This document shows, in pieces, positions 19,829 to 33,300 of a stretch of 64,000 bases of DNA. Source of the stretch: a virus; the IMG/VR virus record IMGVR_UViG_3300045988_151351, positions 64,001 to 128,000 of that record; one strand, given 5' to 3'. The translations under genes were made by a program, and so were the position numbers. Every line of letters starts with the position of its first letter. Position 1 is the stretch's first letter. The notes beneath the pieces are model-generated. The model made no database searches, was not told the origin of the DNA, and saw only the letters and a program-made list of their open reading frames with translations.

Positions 19829-22800
19829 TTTGTGTTAGCCACCTTCCATTATAATTAACTTGAAAATCTTTAATTAATTTCCATTCATTATTTATTTTAA
19901 CATAAGTATCTTTAATACGATACCATTCACCATTATCTTTTATATATTCATCAGTTGGGCCATCTAAAACAGTAATAATTATAACTCCATCTCCATAATT
20001 ACCAATTCGTGTATTTAACTAATCTGGCTATAGAATTTTTTCCTAACCAGTTTTAGAAATAGTATCTGATAAATAATAATTTGGTGTTAATAAGCATCCA
20101 GAAGGATAATTAACCGCAGTAGAAGAAGTATAAACATAATTTGAACCGCCTCCACCGCCGCTACCCAATTGGCTTGTATCAGTAGTGTAAGTTCCAGCAC
20201 CGCCATACCAGCCACCACCACCAGCGCCAGAAACAACACCAATTCCAATAGCTCCACTTTTTATAGTTATACCATTTCCACCAAATCCAAAGCCACCATA
20301 ACAGTCTAATTGAGTAGAATAACTATTTGACTAAGTATCTTTTATCCAATTATTATTTACACCAGTTTGATTTCCACCATAACCACCACTAGTAGTACCA
20401 CTATTATATAAAGTAGCATTTAAACCTCCACCAGCACCGCCTTGGTATCCTTTATATCCACCTTCTGAACCGCCACCGCCAGCGACTATTACTCTAGCAT
20501 AAAGAGAATTAGAACCAATTCTTATATCAGTTCCTCCACCACCAGCAGGATAATTTTGACGTTTTCCACCGCCATTGAATCCTCCAGCAATACCAGATCC
20601 TCCTACTCCAAACCATATAGGAGTAGTTTTAGTTAAAGTTAATACGCCAGATGTATAACCACCTCTATTATTTCCAGTACTATTATCGCTATAATAATTT
20701 CCAGAAGCAATTCCACCTTGAGCACCCCAGCATTCTAGTTTATAACGTCCAGGAGGAAATGAAAATGGTCCTATTACTGCGCCATTTGGCGTTTCAAAAT
20801 TGCCCATAAAAGTACTAGTCTAAGGAATAATAATCTATTTTCCCTTTTTAATAACACAATTATAAGGAGATGAAATTACTTTAACTACGATACTTTTTGA
20901 GATATGCGCATAATTGCTATCATTATTATTATTTACAGTAATCGTAGCACGACCAATTTTATTAGCTTGTACAGTAATCCCTCGACCTTGATTATCACCA
21001 GCAATTAAATCTCCTATTGATACTATTGTATTATCATCTGATGCAAATGATAAGTTACTATAATTACCATTATACAATACTGCTAAATTAACAGAATTTT
21101 CAACAACAATATAATGAGGATCCTAAATCTATAAATATGAAGTAGCAGGATTTATCTGCCACTCTATAGTTTTATTGCTAGTTGTTCCATCTGACCATTT
21201 AGTATTTGTAGTATCTATTAAAGAAAGAACCGTTGTATAATTTCCTGCATTAGAAGCTGAAGTTGTTCCACCATTTATTGAATAAAGAATATCATAATCA
21301 GAATTATCATATAATATATCGCTAGCAAAATACCATGTATTTCCATTATATTGAATAGTTGTCTAAGGTTCAGGGATTAACACTGGAGTATATGATAAAT
21401 TCTCATAAGTCATTGTAAAATATGGAATTCGTTTTGTTAAGCCAGAAATCTAAGTCTAATCTGGACTATAACAATACATATATATTAAATCTCCAGCTTT
21501 TAAAGCAACCTCAAAAGATACAGTTCTTTGTTCCTAAGTAATATAATAATACTAAAAATTATTTCCATTTATCTATATACTAAATTGACTCATCCAATAA
21601 GAACCTATATCATCAAGATTTACTTCTGCCCCAAAAGTAAATTTAATTTTTACATTTTTCTTTACTCTGCCTCGATAATAAGCATAAAAACCAGTAAGAG
21701 GAGTTTTATTAGTTTCATATCTAGATGTATTAGAATTATAATAAAAACAATTATCATAATCACTAATATTTTCAACACCTTCATCAACATTTAACTAAGT
21801 AATACGCACATAACCAGTACCATTATGTCCCGTTTCAGATGAACCTGTTGGAGAAGTAAATGAAACATTTCCTCCGATAGTCTAAGCATTTTCAAGATAA
21901 TATTTACTATCTAATAAACATCCAGATGGATAACTAGTAGCAGTTGATGAAGTATATACATAACCGCTACCTCCTCCGCCGCCTTGATTATCAGCTCCAG
22001 TTCCAGAAGAAGGTGGAGAAGTTAAATTGGAAACAGTTAAACCACCATACCAGCCGCCGCCACCGCCACCACCATCATAAGCATGACGTCCTTGACCAAA
22101 ACCTCCTCCTGAAGTTTGACTTCCTCCAGCAGCACCACCAGTACCACCTGATAGTCCTCCGCCATAACCGACTGAATCACCACTATCTTCTCCGCCACCT
22201 CCGCCGCCACCGGCCACAATCACACGAGCATAAAGAGAAGTAGAATTGATACGAATATCAGAAGCACCACCACCGCCACATCCTGGTTCTGAGCTACCAG
22301 ATCCCCAAGCTGATCCACCACCATTATATCCTCCTGAAGACAAAGATCCATATCCAACAGCTCCAATTCCACCACTATAGCAATGTAATGTAGTAGGTCT
22401 TAATAAAGTAAGATTACCATAAGAATACCCTCCTAGTCCTCCAAGACCTGCGGCTGAATTACCATCTTGTTGTCCTCCTCCTCGAGCACCCCAACATTCT
22501 AATTTATATTTACCAGGATTAAATTTTTTGCTATAAGATCCTGAACCGGAAATATTTAAATCATTAGAAACATATCCAATTGATAAAACAGTAATGCGTA
22601 CATAGCCATTACCACTATGACCAGTTTCAGAAGCACCAGTAGGTGAAGTGAATGATGTATTACCAGCAATAGTATTTCCACTTGTTAAATCGTATTCATT
22701 TTGGTATACGTTAAAGCTATAATATCCGCTGCCGCCTGCATTTTGTTCTCGATAAGTACTATCATTATCATTATAGCCAGTCTAGGCACCACCGCCATAC

Positions 22801-23855
22801 CAGCCACCGCCGCCTCCTCCAGCTCCGTATCTATAATTAGTGCCCTAAGTAGTACTTGCTCCTTGACCAAATGCTCCTCCACTACCTGCTTCATATCGAG
22901 TAGAACGATATGTACTATTATTACAATAGCCAGTCGCTCCTCCACCATATTTTAAATCATCATGTAATCCTGCGGCTCCACCACCACCGCCAGCAACAAC
23001 TACTCGCTAATTATAAGAATCTGTTCCAATACGAATATCAGAAGCGCCACCACCACCGCCGCCAGAAGTATAAATATCCTACCACCAACGACGTCCGCCA
23101 GATCCGCCACCATTAAATCCACCAGCATTAGTTCCTCTATCAGTACTGTGAGATGATTGTCCTTGGCCGCCAGCATAACAATATAAAGTAGTATGAGCCT
23201 ACTTTAAAATAGCTATCTAATAACTGTATCCGCCTTTGCCACCATCATAAGTTGGAAAAACACTAAAATTAGCCTAATCATATGACGGAGAACCTCTAGT
23301 AATTGTAACTGCAACACTTTCGCCAGAAACAGAAGCACTGCTATCTTTAGTATAGGTCATCATTACTTCATCATCTACATTTAAATACTTAGAATAAGTA
23401 CCATTATTAGTACCGCTTACAGCACTTACGACTGTAGTTCCACCCACTGTTAAAGTAAATTTATCAAAATTCTATTCTGTTGTATATGAATATACAAACT
23501 AATAATAACCCGCTGTTACACAAGTTAAAATTGTCTGAGCAGTACTACTATCCACAGCTAGATTATTAGCAGACCAAGTTCCATTAGTATCTGGAACAAA
23601 ATGATAACTTGAAATAGCTCTAGAAAAATAAGTAGAAAAATTATTAGAAGTAATATTTGTATTATAATTTATACTACTTGGATTATTGGTACTAGTATAA
23701 CCAGTTCCTCCTTGAGCACCCCAGCATTCAAATTTATACTATCCAGCAGGTAATTGAACAATTTTTTTGTTTCCGCTATAAGGACAATTTAATATGTCTC
23801 CTGCTCTTAAAAGATAATACTTTGGAATCGAAGAAGTTAAATCATATGTTGCCAT
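19821..23855 (-). CDS. Giant glycine-rich fibre-like protein (about 1344 aa) built from three paralogous modules
   Basis: A GGGAG RBS precedes ATG 23855 (MATYDLTSSIPKYYLLRAGDILNCPYSGNKKIVQLPAG(Q)YKFECWGAQGG...). Track ORFs 21882..22343, 20835..21077 and 20331..20807 lie in the same frame. The gap 20808-21881 was checked and holds only TAG stops. The module Y-K-[LF]-E-C-W-G-A-x-G-G ... D-I-R-I-[GN] ... Y-A-R-V-[IV]-V-A-G-G-G-G occurs three times. The gene ends at TGA 19821-19823. Confidence 0.5.
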
Positions 23856-23858
23856 AAA

Positions 23859-24467
23859 TCAATTCTCCCTTACTATCCAAATATCTCCATTTTTGCCTTC
23901 ATTATTAGTAGGAGCTGAAGTAGATACTAATATTGGGCGATAATATCTATTAGTAGAACTTATTGGAGTAGTACCAGCCGTATATTCAATTGGATTATTA
24001 ACCATTTTAACTACACCAGTTATTTCATTGTTACCGTTTTTAGTAATATAATTATTTAATTGTGTTGGTAAATCATTAATTAATAAATATCTACTTAAAA
24101 TAGTATTTAATTCTGCTTTACTCACATACTCACCATCATTTAAAATTTCACTAAACTACTCTATTGGATTAGTCTATAATACTCCTTTTTCAGGCTAGAT
24201 TTCATAAATACCAGCGTTATCTGTCTCTTTTAATAAAAAATCTGCCTTATTAGCATTCAACTATATGCGGTATTCTTTAATATTTTCTTTAGTTAAAGTC
24301 GCTCCATCTTTAAGTGGACTATCAATAAAAAAATTACCCGTATCAGGTGAAAAATAAGCCCATCCAGGGTTGAAAGGGACTGCTAATTCTTCCTGCTAAG
24401 TACTTTCATTAATTTTATATTTAAATAGATCCTCTTCATTTCCAGAATTTATTTTAAATAATGCCAT
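23859..24467 (-). CDS. Hypothetical structural-module protein (about 202 aa)
   Basis: An AAGGAG RBS precedes ATG 24467 (MALFKINSGNEEDLFKYKINEST...). It passes 4 TAG codons into track ORF 23859..24125 and ends at TGA, overlapping the next RBS. Confidence 0.45.
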
Positions 24468-24487
24468 AAAGAATCTCCTTTCAATTT

Positions 24488-24590
24488 TATTTATATAACA
24501 AAAAAAATGGGAGAGGATATACCTCTCCCATTTTATTTATATAACAAAAAAATGGGAGAGGATATACCTACCTCTCCCATATAATATATG
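24488..24590. terminator. Tandemly duplicated intrinsic terminator (two copies of hairpin GGGAGAGG-n5-CCTCTCCC plus a U-run) inside the late region
   Basis: The unit tttatttatataacaaaaaaatgggagaggatatacctctccca occurs twice (about 50-bp period). On the minus strand each hairpin is followed by ATTTTTTTGTT. It separates the upstream gene (ending at 24677) from the downstream unit. Confidence 0.55.
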
Positions 24591-24676
24591 AAAATTATTA
24601 AAATATTAAATTGAGAAAAGTATCTTACCTTTCATAATAACTGAAAAAATAAAATACTTTCTTAATTTATTTTGTC

Positions 24677-25298
24677 CTTATAATACCAACCAATAAACAT
24701 CTAATCCACCATCATTACCAACATATCCTTCTAGGCGAGATAGACGTTCCCAAATCTACTAAACAACCTAATCATCATCAACTACATAATAATCTTCTTC
24801 TTGTGAAATATTATCATAATTTAAACGATTATAAACCTTAATTACATCAGGCTAAGTATTTAAATTAAACATAAGATTATTTGTGTTTTTTTCAATATGA
24901 TAAAAAGTAATCATATATTTCAATAATCCGGTCTTTTTAGTAGCACTATAATTTAAAACCCAAGGAAAAATAATTTTATCTTTCTTTGTAACTAAATCAT
25001 AATAAGGAACTGGATAAATACGCTTTTCATTATCAGCATTAATATAACTTACAATACACATCATATTACTTAAATCAACTAAGCCATGATACCTATTTAC
25101 TTCAAAATAAAGTGTCTCAGCAGCATGATCGCCTTCAATAGTAACATAATTATTAGTATTCTCAATTTTTTTAGTCTAAAGATTAATTTTTATTAATGCT
25201 TCATCTTCTGGGCTTGGTAAAGATGGATATTTAATTGGAAAATTTTCATCTTCTAATTGGTATAATAACTGTTGATAATCGGCAGGATTAGTTATCAT
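24677..25298 (-). CDS. Hypothetical protein (about 207 aa)
   Basis: A GAGGTGA RBS precedes ATG 25298 (MITNPADYQQLLYQLEDENFPIKYPSLPSPEDEALIKINL...). It includes track ORF 24852..25064 and ends at TAA 24677. Confidence 0.45.
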
Positions 25299-25311
25299 AC
25301 AATCTCACCTC

Positions 25312-27033
25312 TTATCCAAGACTAACTTTATTAGTACTCTTAGATTTTATTGCGCCCTTCTTAATAGTTACTGTATAAGCAATAGCATTATTAGTATTAG
25401 CGATAGGAACTATAATAGTATTATTAGTAATTGCTTGAGATATACTATAAACGTTCTTACTGGTATCATCATAGAAATCAACAATAAATTCACCAATAGA
25501 ACCCAACTCATTAGTAGTATTTCCAACAGTAATAACATAATTAGTACCATCAATAGCACAAGAAGCGTTAATATTTATATTAGATATATCTAAGCAATGA
25601 GTAAATGGATAAATAGAGTTAAATTCTTTACTATCTCTATTCTTTACAGCAACAACCTTTGGTTTATAAACTCCTTCATCAGAAGTTAATACCAATGTAT
25701 TTGTATTATTCTCAATTAATGTACTATCTTTATACCAACTATAAGTAAATTCAATACCAGCATCTATATTAGGTTTCAACTAAATAGTCTTTTCACCGTA
25801 ATAATAAGCACCACTTTCATCATTAGAATCTGGGGCTGGACTATAATTAAATGATAAATCACTTGGTAAGCCAGTAACAATAACAGATAACTCATTATTA
25901 TTTATAATTTGACTCTTATCATTTGCGGTTTTACCATAGGCAGAAACTGTATAAGTACCTTTTTCAGTAATTTCGCAATAAGCAACTTTCAAATACAGAT
26001 TATCTTTTTTCTCTTCAAAGCTGGCCGCATCTAAAATACCACTTACGTTATTATAATCAGTACCATTAGCTTCATAATAACTTAATTTACCATTATAAGT
26101 TGTATCAGTAAAAATACTATTTTCACCAGTGAGTTTCATATAATTATACTTTTGTGCCTCACTAATTGGATATGCAGTTCCATTATCAGTGCGAACCCAA
26201 TCATATATAATATTGGTACTTTCAATATTATTCTATGTATCATTATATGCTAAAGCATAAATTTTATCACCAGTGATATATGCTTCTTTTTCATTCTTAA
26301 TACCAGATAAGAAAGCAATAGTATCTGCTACGCCGCTACCAATACTCTTAGTAGAATCAATTAAAGATTTTAAATAATTATTCATATAATCAACTGGCTC
26401 TGCAGTTAATATATTTTCATCAATATCTAAACCTTTACTAATTGTCATTTGAGCTGGTAAAGTATTTAACATATATTCATACTCTCTATCATTCTTCTTT
26501 TTAAAGAATACAATAGAAAAATATACTGTACCAGGTTGTGCGGTTATTGAATTATCAATAGGCCACTCAAAAATAATTTTTCCACTTTCACTAGTGATAT
26601 CTCTAAAACGAGATTCAGAGAAACCTTTTATACTATCATCAACATACCATTGAACGAAAATACGGATTCCATTTTCAGCTAAATCCTATATATCAAAATA
26701 TCTATCTATTCTAAACCAAATAGTTTCAGCCATATGATCTTTAGCGACATTTAAAAATACTGTCTTACCAAAATCATTACCCAACTTAATACGTCTTGTA
26801 TTCGCATCTATATCTATAATTTGCTCATCTACTGGAACACGAATTACAAATGGATTAGTTGCGGCCATCTTTACAATACCAGTTATATTTTCAAAATAAT
26901 CAGATATACTATTAACTTCTACAAGTTTACCTTTGTCATTAGTAACATTATTATCTTTAGCCAATTTATTGATAGTATTAAAAAAAGTATCCCAATTACC
27001 ATGCTCTTTATTCGTATCAATTCTAGTAATCAA
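25312..27033 (-). CDS. Large structural protein (about 573 aa)
   Basis: Track ORFs 26686..27033, 26233..26472, 25780..26139 and 25312..25779 all share one frame (coordinates congruent to 0 mod 3) and are joined by TAG. An AAGGAAG RBS precedes ATG 27033 (MITRIDTNKEHGNWDTFF...). Confidence 0.45.
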
Positions 27034-27057
27034 AACTTATCTCTTCCTTTCTAAAAA

Positions 27058-27100
27058 AATTAGGGTAGATAGATTTTACCTTCTATCTACCCTAATTTTT
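27058..27100. terminator. Intrinsic terminator hairpin (agggtagatag ... ctatctaccct plus a T-run on both strands)
   Basis: Inverted repeat ttagggtagatagattttaccttctatctaccctaatttttaatt. It follows the 66-aa gene on the minus strand. Confidence 0.5.
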
Positions 27101-27130
27101 AATTAAATTAAATAATCAACATTTGGCCGA

Positions 27131-27331
27131 TTATTCTTCATACCATTCTTCTAATTCATCTTCTGGAACAAGAGGAGATACAGTATAATATTCTTTACCA
27201 TCTTTAGTAACTCGTTTACCATAATCAGCATATAATCTATACATTTTCATAGCAGTAACCCCAGGTAAATGAACACCAGTCTCAATCGTTCCATTAGTAC
27301 CTACATATCTATAAATTGTATCTTTTTCCAT
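27131..27331 (-). CDS. Small protein (66 aa, no TAG)
   Basis: Track ORF with an AAGGAG RBS, followed by a terminator. MEKDTIYRYVGTNGTIETGVHLPGVTAMKMYRLYADYGKRVTKDGKEYYTVSPLVPEDELEEWYEE. Confidence 0.5.
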   Translation of the reverse strand: MEKDTIYRYVGTNGTIETGVHLPGVTAMKMYRLYADYGKRVTKDGKEYYTVSPLVPEDELEEWYEE

Positions 27332-27342
27332 AAAAATTCTCC

Positions 27343-30300
27343 TTATCTTACAATTGGATCAAAAGTATATTGACAACCACTATTCTAAATATTAGAAATT
27401 ACTTCATTCATTGCTGCCATAACAGAACTTTCAAATTGAGCACGATAATAATATCTAATAGTACCAGTATACTTATTGCCCTTAGTTGGACCAAATGCAG
27501 TAGATTGAGTTAAAGAATTTGGCATACAAGCAAACTAACTTAATGGATATTTATTAGTACCTAACTGAATTAATAAAGCACCAGTTATTGGATATACATT
27601 ATCAACTTTGCTGCCAATAATATGCATACGACCAAAAGAATTACTATTTAAATTAAGTACTCCGTCTTTACATCCTTCTAAAACGAAAGATTTAGTTTTT
27701 CCACCAATTTGTGTTTCCTAAAAAGCATAACTACCAATATATAAACCTTTTAAGGAAGAGGAATAAGGAATACGTTCAACCTAATTTAAATTAGTTTTAT
27801 AGAATGTATAATCACCTATTTTTTCTAAACAATCACTAAATTCAAAATACTATAAATTAGTTGCACCAAAAAATGTTCTACTATCTATTGAAGAAATTTT
27901 ATTACTCAATTTTGGACTAAAATAAATACCAGTAACATTAGTATTCATAATAAAAGCTGTTGCACTTTGACTGCCACTAGTATTTTCAATACGAGTAATA
28001 GATTGTCCATTATAAGTTGATGGTAATGTAATTTTTCCTCCTAAATACTTACACATATCAAAGAAATGTATATAGTAAGTATTATTAGAAGTATCTTTTC
28101 TTATTTCATAATATTGATGATTATCATCATTTTCTAAGATATTATCATAAACATTAACTAATTCTCCAATAGCATAGAAGGTACGATCAGCATATGCTAA
28201 CTGTTTATTTAAATCAATTCTTACGCCATCTGGACTATCAGCAGCCCAGCCTGTTTGTTTCCAAGTTGTTTCAAAAGAAATCAATCCTTGCGCTGGACGT
28301 GTTTCATCCGTATTAAAATCATCTACGCTGTTCTTATAGTAATAGAAATTATTAGGAACGGTGATTCTAGTACCGTATAAATAAGTTCCAGTTACCTTAG
28401 AAATACCATCACCATTCACAAAAGTAATTTCATATGATTTACGCTCAAATCCTGCTGTAAATACATAATCTAATTTATTTGGATTTAATGTTAAAGTATT
28501 CCAATTATTTGAAGTAATCTAATCCTTCTTATTTTCGTCTTTATCAACTGTAATTATGAAATTATTATTTTCATCTTTCCAGCCTTTAAAATCATCAATA
28601 GGACGCTTTTCCTACAAAGTACCAAATGAAATATAATTATTCTTTGTTTTATCTGTAGGATCATCAAAGAAGGTTTGAGAAGAAGAACCATCAGAATTCT
28701 TAATTAACTTCTAAGTTTTTAAGATTTCTTGAGCAATAACATTTCCATCTTCATCTGTTTCTTCAACAATAAATTTTACAGAGTATTCCTTATTAACATT
28801 TTTTACAAAAATTGTTAAATTAGGATAAATGGATTGAAGTTCATTTTGAATAATATGCTCATCAATAGCTTCATTATTTTCAATATATACAATACCTGTA
28901 ATATTAGGATTTTTCTAGTTTATACCTTTAAAAGTATTATCTTTATTGTAAATCTAAGATTCATCATAAATTTTCTTTAGTAAGTCAGTGTAATTTACTA
29001 TTTTACTATGGATTTCTTCGTAGCCATTTACCGTTTCATCAAGGTAGTAAATTAATCCATTCTTAATATCTAACGTAGTAATTTTACTAACTTCATTATA
29101 TGGGATTACATCTAATTGAAAATGTCCGTTATCTTTAAAGTATTGAACATTATCAGGATCTAATTCAATTTTATCATCATTCAATAATCTATATGGACTC
29201 CATTGGACATCAACAAAATTAATTTCACAATCTTTTAAATTACTCTTTTTACATCCAAGATAATAGCGTCTTAATAATTCATAACTATAATATCCAAGAT
29301 TGCCGCCTTCAATATCCATAGTTTTGATTTTAGTTTCAATTTGGTCATCATCTTTATCTGTCAGATTCTAAATATATAATCCTTTATTTTCATCTGCTAC
29401 AACTAATCGTCCTGTCGTCGGATTAAGTGTAGGATTAACATAAGTAGTAATTAATTTATTCAATAAATTTGCTTCAATTAAAGTTAAATAATTAGTTTCA
29501 CTAGTTAAATAAAGCGTATCTAATGCTACGCCTTTTGCAAATTCTACTCTTGGAATATTAGATCCAGTATTTCTAAAGTTTTCTAGCTTTTCACTCTTAG
29601 TTAAATTTAATGCTGGCTAATCTTTCTTAAAAGTAATATTACATAGATTCATTTCTTTTAATAAAGGCATACCAGTTTTAGGATAAGACCAATCATTAAC
29701 ATCTTTATTAAAATAAGCATATGGCTAACCATCTTCGATAGCAAGACCATCATAACCCAATAATAAATCTGTCATTTTATCTGCTTTACCTTCCATAGCA
29801 AATTCTTGGAAATATAATTTACTTAAATCTCCTAAAGATTTCATCTAATCAGTACCATAAATATAATATAACTATTCACGATAATTACCACTAGACATAA
29901 TACCTTTCTTTAAATCAGGAGCTGTAAATTTAACTGGACTTAATCCATTATATTTCTAAGAAGCAAAATTTGCTCCATCAGTACCAACAGTAACATATGA
30001 ATTACGTGCTGGCGACATTTCAATCCAATATTCGCCGTCAAAAATATGATTCTTTTCACCATATTCAATATTATCTTTCCAATATTGAGCATTAGTAACT
30101 AAATTAGTCATACCTTGAGTATTAGTACCTTCAATCCATTTATCAGAAGTATTCTTTGGGTTATTCGCAGAAATACGACTTCTAATAAAATTACCACCAC
30201 TACCACTAGCATAACCATCAACAGTTAACCAAGAATCAATATAGTTAAGACGATTAGATAAAAATTGCGCGCGATATAAGTTACGGTCACCCTATAAAGC

Positions 30301-33300
30301 ATAAAAATATTGGTCAGTTTCTACCGCATATTTGCCTTCATTAGTTAAACGACCAAATATAGTATTTTCAGCGGCTGAATTAGTAGGAATAATATATTTA
30401 TATTCTTCATCTAAATTTAATGCCAATAATGGGCGGTCACCCTTCACAGCATAACTATCAGGGAACACTGAAGGATCAGTTTTATACCATTTATCAACAA
30501 TCGCACTTTTATCACTATTGGTATCAGAGTCTTTAGCAAAAATCTAAGTGACTTTAGATGGAGTATAAGATCCATTACTAAATCCCATTAATTGCTTATA
30601 TTTATCTACAATTTTGCTCTTAAAAAATTGATAAAAATTATTCCACAATACACTATCATTAGTAGAAAAACTTCCATCAATAGTGGCATCAACGTAATAT
30701 TCAAATGATGGAATACCAGTATTATTAATACCTAATTGAGTATCAATATCATAGAAAATTGGATACCAAATATAATGTTGAATTCCAGTCGCTTTTTCGA
30801 TATTATTCTTTTGTGGACCCCACGAAGCAAACATCGCATTTTTACCACGAGAGTCATAACATTCAAAAATTTCAGTCATTAAGAAATAAGTTGCTAAATA
30901 TTCAATATTAAAATAATTACTTAACTCATTCTTAAATTTTGCTTGACGATATTCTTTACAATCTTTAGTATATGTTACTCCACCATAAGTAACAGGAGCC
31001 GGTAATAACCATCTATCATCAATATTAGCTTCATTCTGAATTAACTAATAATAAGATTCATTGGCATTAAATCTATCATTACTAATAGTATAAATATTAT
31101 TTTTTTCATCTTGTAAAATATAGTATATACCAGTCTTATAAACTTTATTTTCATTATTAGTTAAAGTAATTAAATTATAATCTATTCCATTTAATTTATA
31201 ATACTTTATTTCAGAATTAAATTCATCATTAGAAATTCCATATATATCATTACCCGCATCATTAGTTCCGGTAACTACATAATATTTTCCTCTTTCGTAT
31301 AAAGCTTCTGCTAATCCATCTACTAAATTATATTGACCAATAGAAGGAATTTCATATAAAATTCCATCAAAATCAATACTACAATCTAAACAAGTACTCC
31401 AAACCCAACTAACAGCATCCTCCCAGTTAGACATTAATGCTAGTAATAATTCACGAGAGGTATTAGCATTAGTACTATCAAATTTAACAGATTCCTAACC
31501 TGGATTTGTAATAATTATTTCAGTAGATTTTTGACCTGTAGTTTCATCAGTAATTTTATTAACTTGGATTCTGTCTGGAGCTGTATTAGCTATACCATTA
31601 ACCCAGTCAGGTAAATCATCAGCGTAACTACCTGAAGCAGTATCTTTACATTCGAATAAAGCTTTTGAAATTAAATCATCATTAGCATTATATCTAACTT
31701 CAAAAGAATCGGCTACCATTGGAGCACCATGAGTAGTTACCCCATTATTATTATCCATAATTGGAGGTCTAAATGATAACTTATAACGATTCCAAGGATC
31801 GCGGAAAGAACAATAAGTTCTTGAGTTATTCTAGAACTCCCAACATTCAGCAATATCTCTTACTTTTGGTTTTCCTTCAATCTAATTCTATAAAACTTTT
31901 TTATTGGGCTTAAATCCAAAACATTCATCAGAGCCTTTGTCCAATAACATATTATATTTACCAATATATATAATATCACTTTCATTATTATATTGATTAT
32001 TATTATCTGAAGGCCAATGGAAAGCTAAAACAGGGAATCCTTTCATGGAAGTTCTATAGTCATCAGTATTTCCATATAAATCATAGTTATCAAAAGAATC
32101 TTTATAATCACAAATCGGATGCTATGAATAAGTTTCATTAACCAAATTAGCAAAACCTCGGTTATAATCACCAGAAGATTCCATAAAATCTATTTTTAAT
32201 GTAAATTTAGTTGTACCAACTGTCTCATTATCCATATAGAAAAATTCAATAAAGCATTTGCTATTTTTATTTAAAGTATTATTAGTTTTATCTTCTTCAT
32301 ATAATTTTTCAAATGGACCTTTATTCATAAACATTACATTTTTACATTTAGCTTTATAATTACGACGAGGATAATTTCTAGAAGAAGTTCCCTAAACCTA
32401 AAAAGTACATCCATCAATAGTAGTAGTAAAACTAGGACAATGATGCATATAATAATTTTGGACAGGAGTGTAAATAACTTCTTTAGTTACACTATCCAAA
32501 ATCGGAGGCCATTTTACAGGATCTAAATTTACTATATTATCTAGTTCACCACGAGCATAGGCAGCATCCAAAGGTACATTTATAAATTCTAAAGTACCCG
32601 CTTGCGCGCCTTTATCTTTAGAATAAGGCAATCTATTCTAAGTATTTTCATTATTATTAGCAGTAGTTCGCAAAATAATATATGGCATCAAAGGCTCATC
32701 TTGATGAGCGCTATTATAAGCTTTCATTCGCTGATAAGAAAAAACTTCATCTTGAATATCAGCTCGAGATTCATATAAATCTTTCTAATCCCAATACTTA
32801 ATATTTTTTTTATCAAAAGCATAATTCTATACAACTTCATGAATAGATAAATCTGTGTCATATACTCTAATACTATACAAATCAATATCACAAGTATTAG
32901 ACATAAATTTAATTACATCAGAATTAATACTCCACATTGAAGAACTACTACGACGAGCAACGCTAGTTAAAACACCATTCATAAAAATTTCTAATAACTT
33001 AGAGTTGCCACCAACCATGCCCTCTTTTGCCTTTGTATAAACAAAAGTTAAATTTAACATCTTATCTTCAACAAAATCAACAGATACAGTTTCTTCTTTA
33101 CCATTTGCAGTAAATGTAGCGTCCTATGGACTAAAATAAATACCCAATGGATCTTCTTCTGAGCCATAAGCGCAAATTAAATTATTTTTTAAATCAAAAA
33201 TCTACTCTAATCTATCATAAGTTAATTCATCATAAGTTGGAGCTTCTGGATGTTTAGGTAAATATTCCTAAGTTAAGAAAGTATCATAATTTAAATATGT

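Noticed and set aside
21528-23116. Plus-strand track ORFs (21528..21794, 21944..22243, 22701..22955, 22910..23116, and similarly 33291..33518, 37171..37356, 39040..39231, 62470..62709, 62762..62971) as candidate genes.
   Set aside because: They lie antisense to, or out of frame with, long minus-strand genes supported by RBSs and motifs. Their products are low-complexity (His/Leu/Ile runs) and typical of open-frame noise in AT-rich, repeat-rich sequence.
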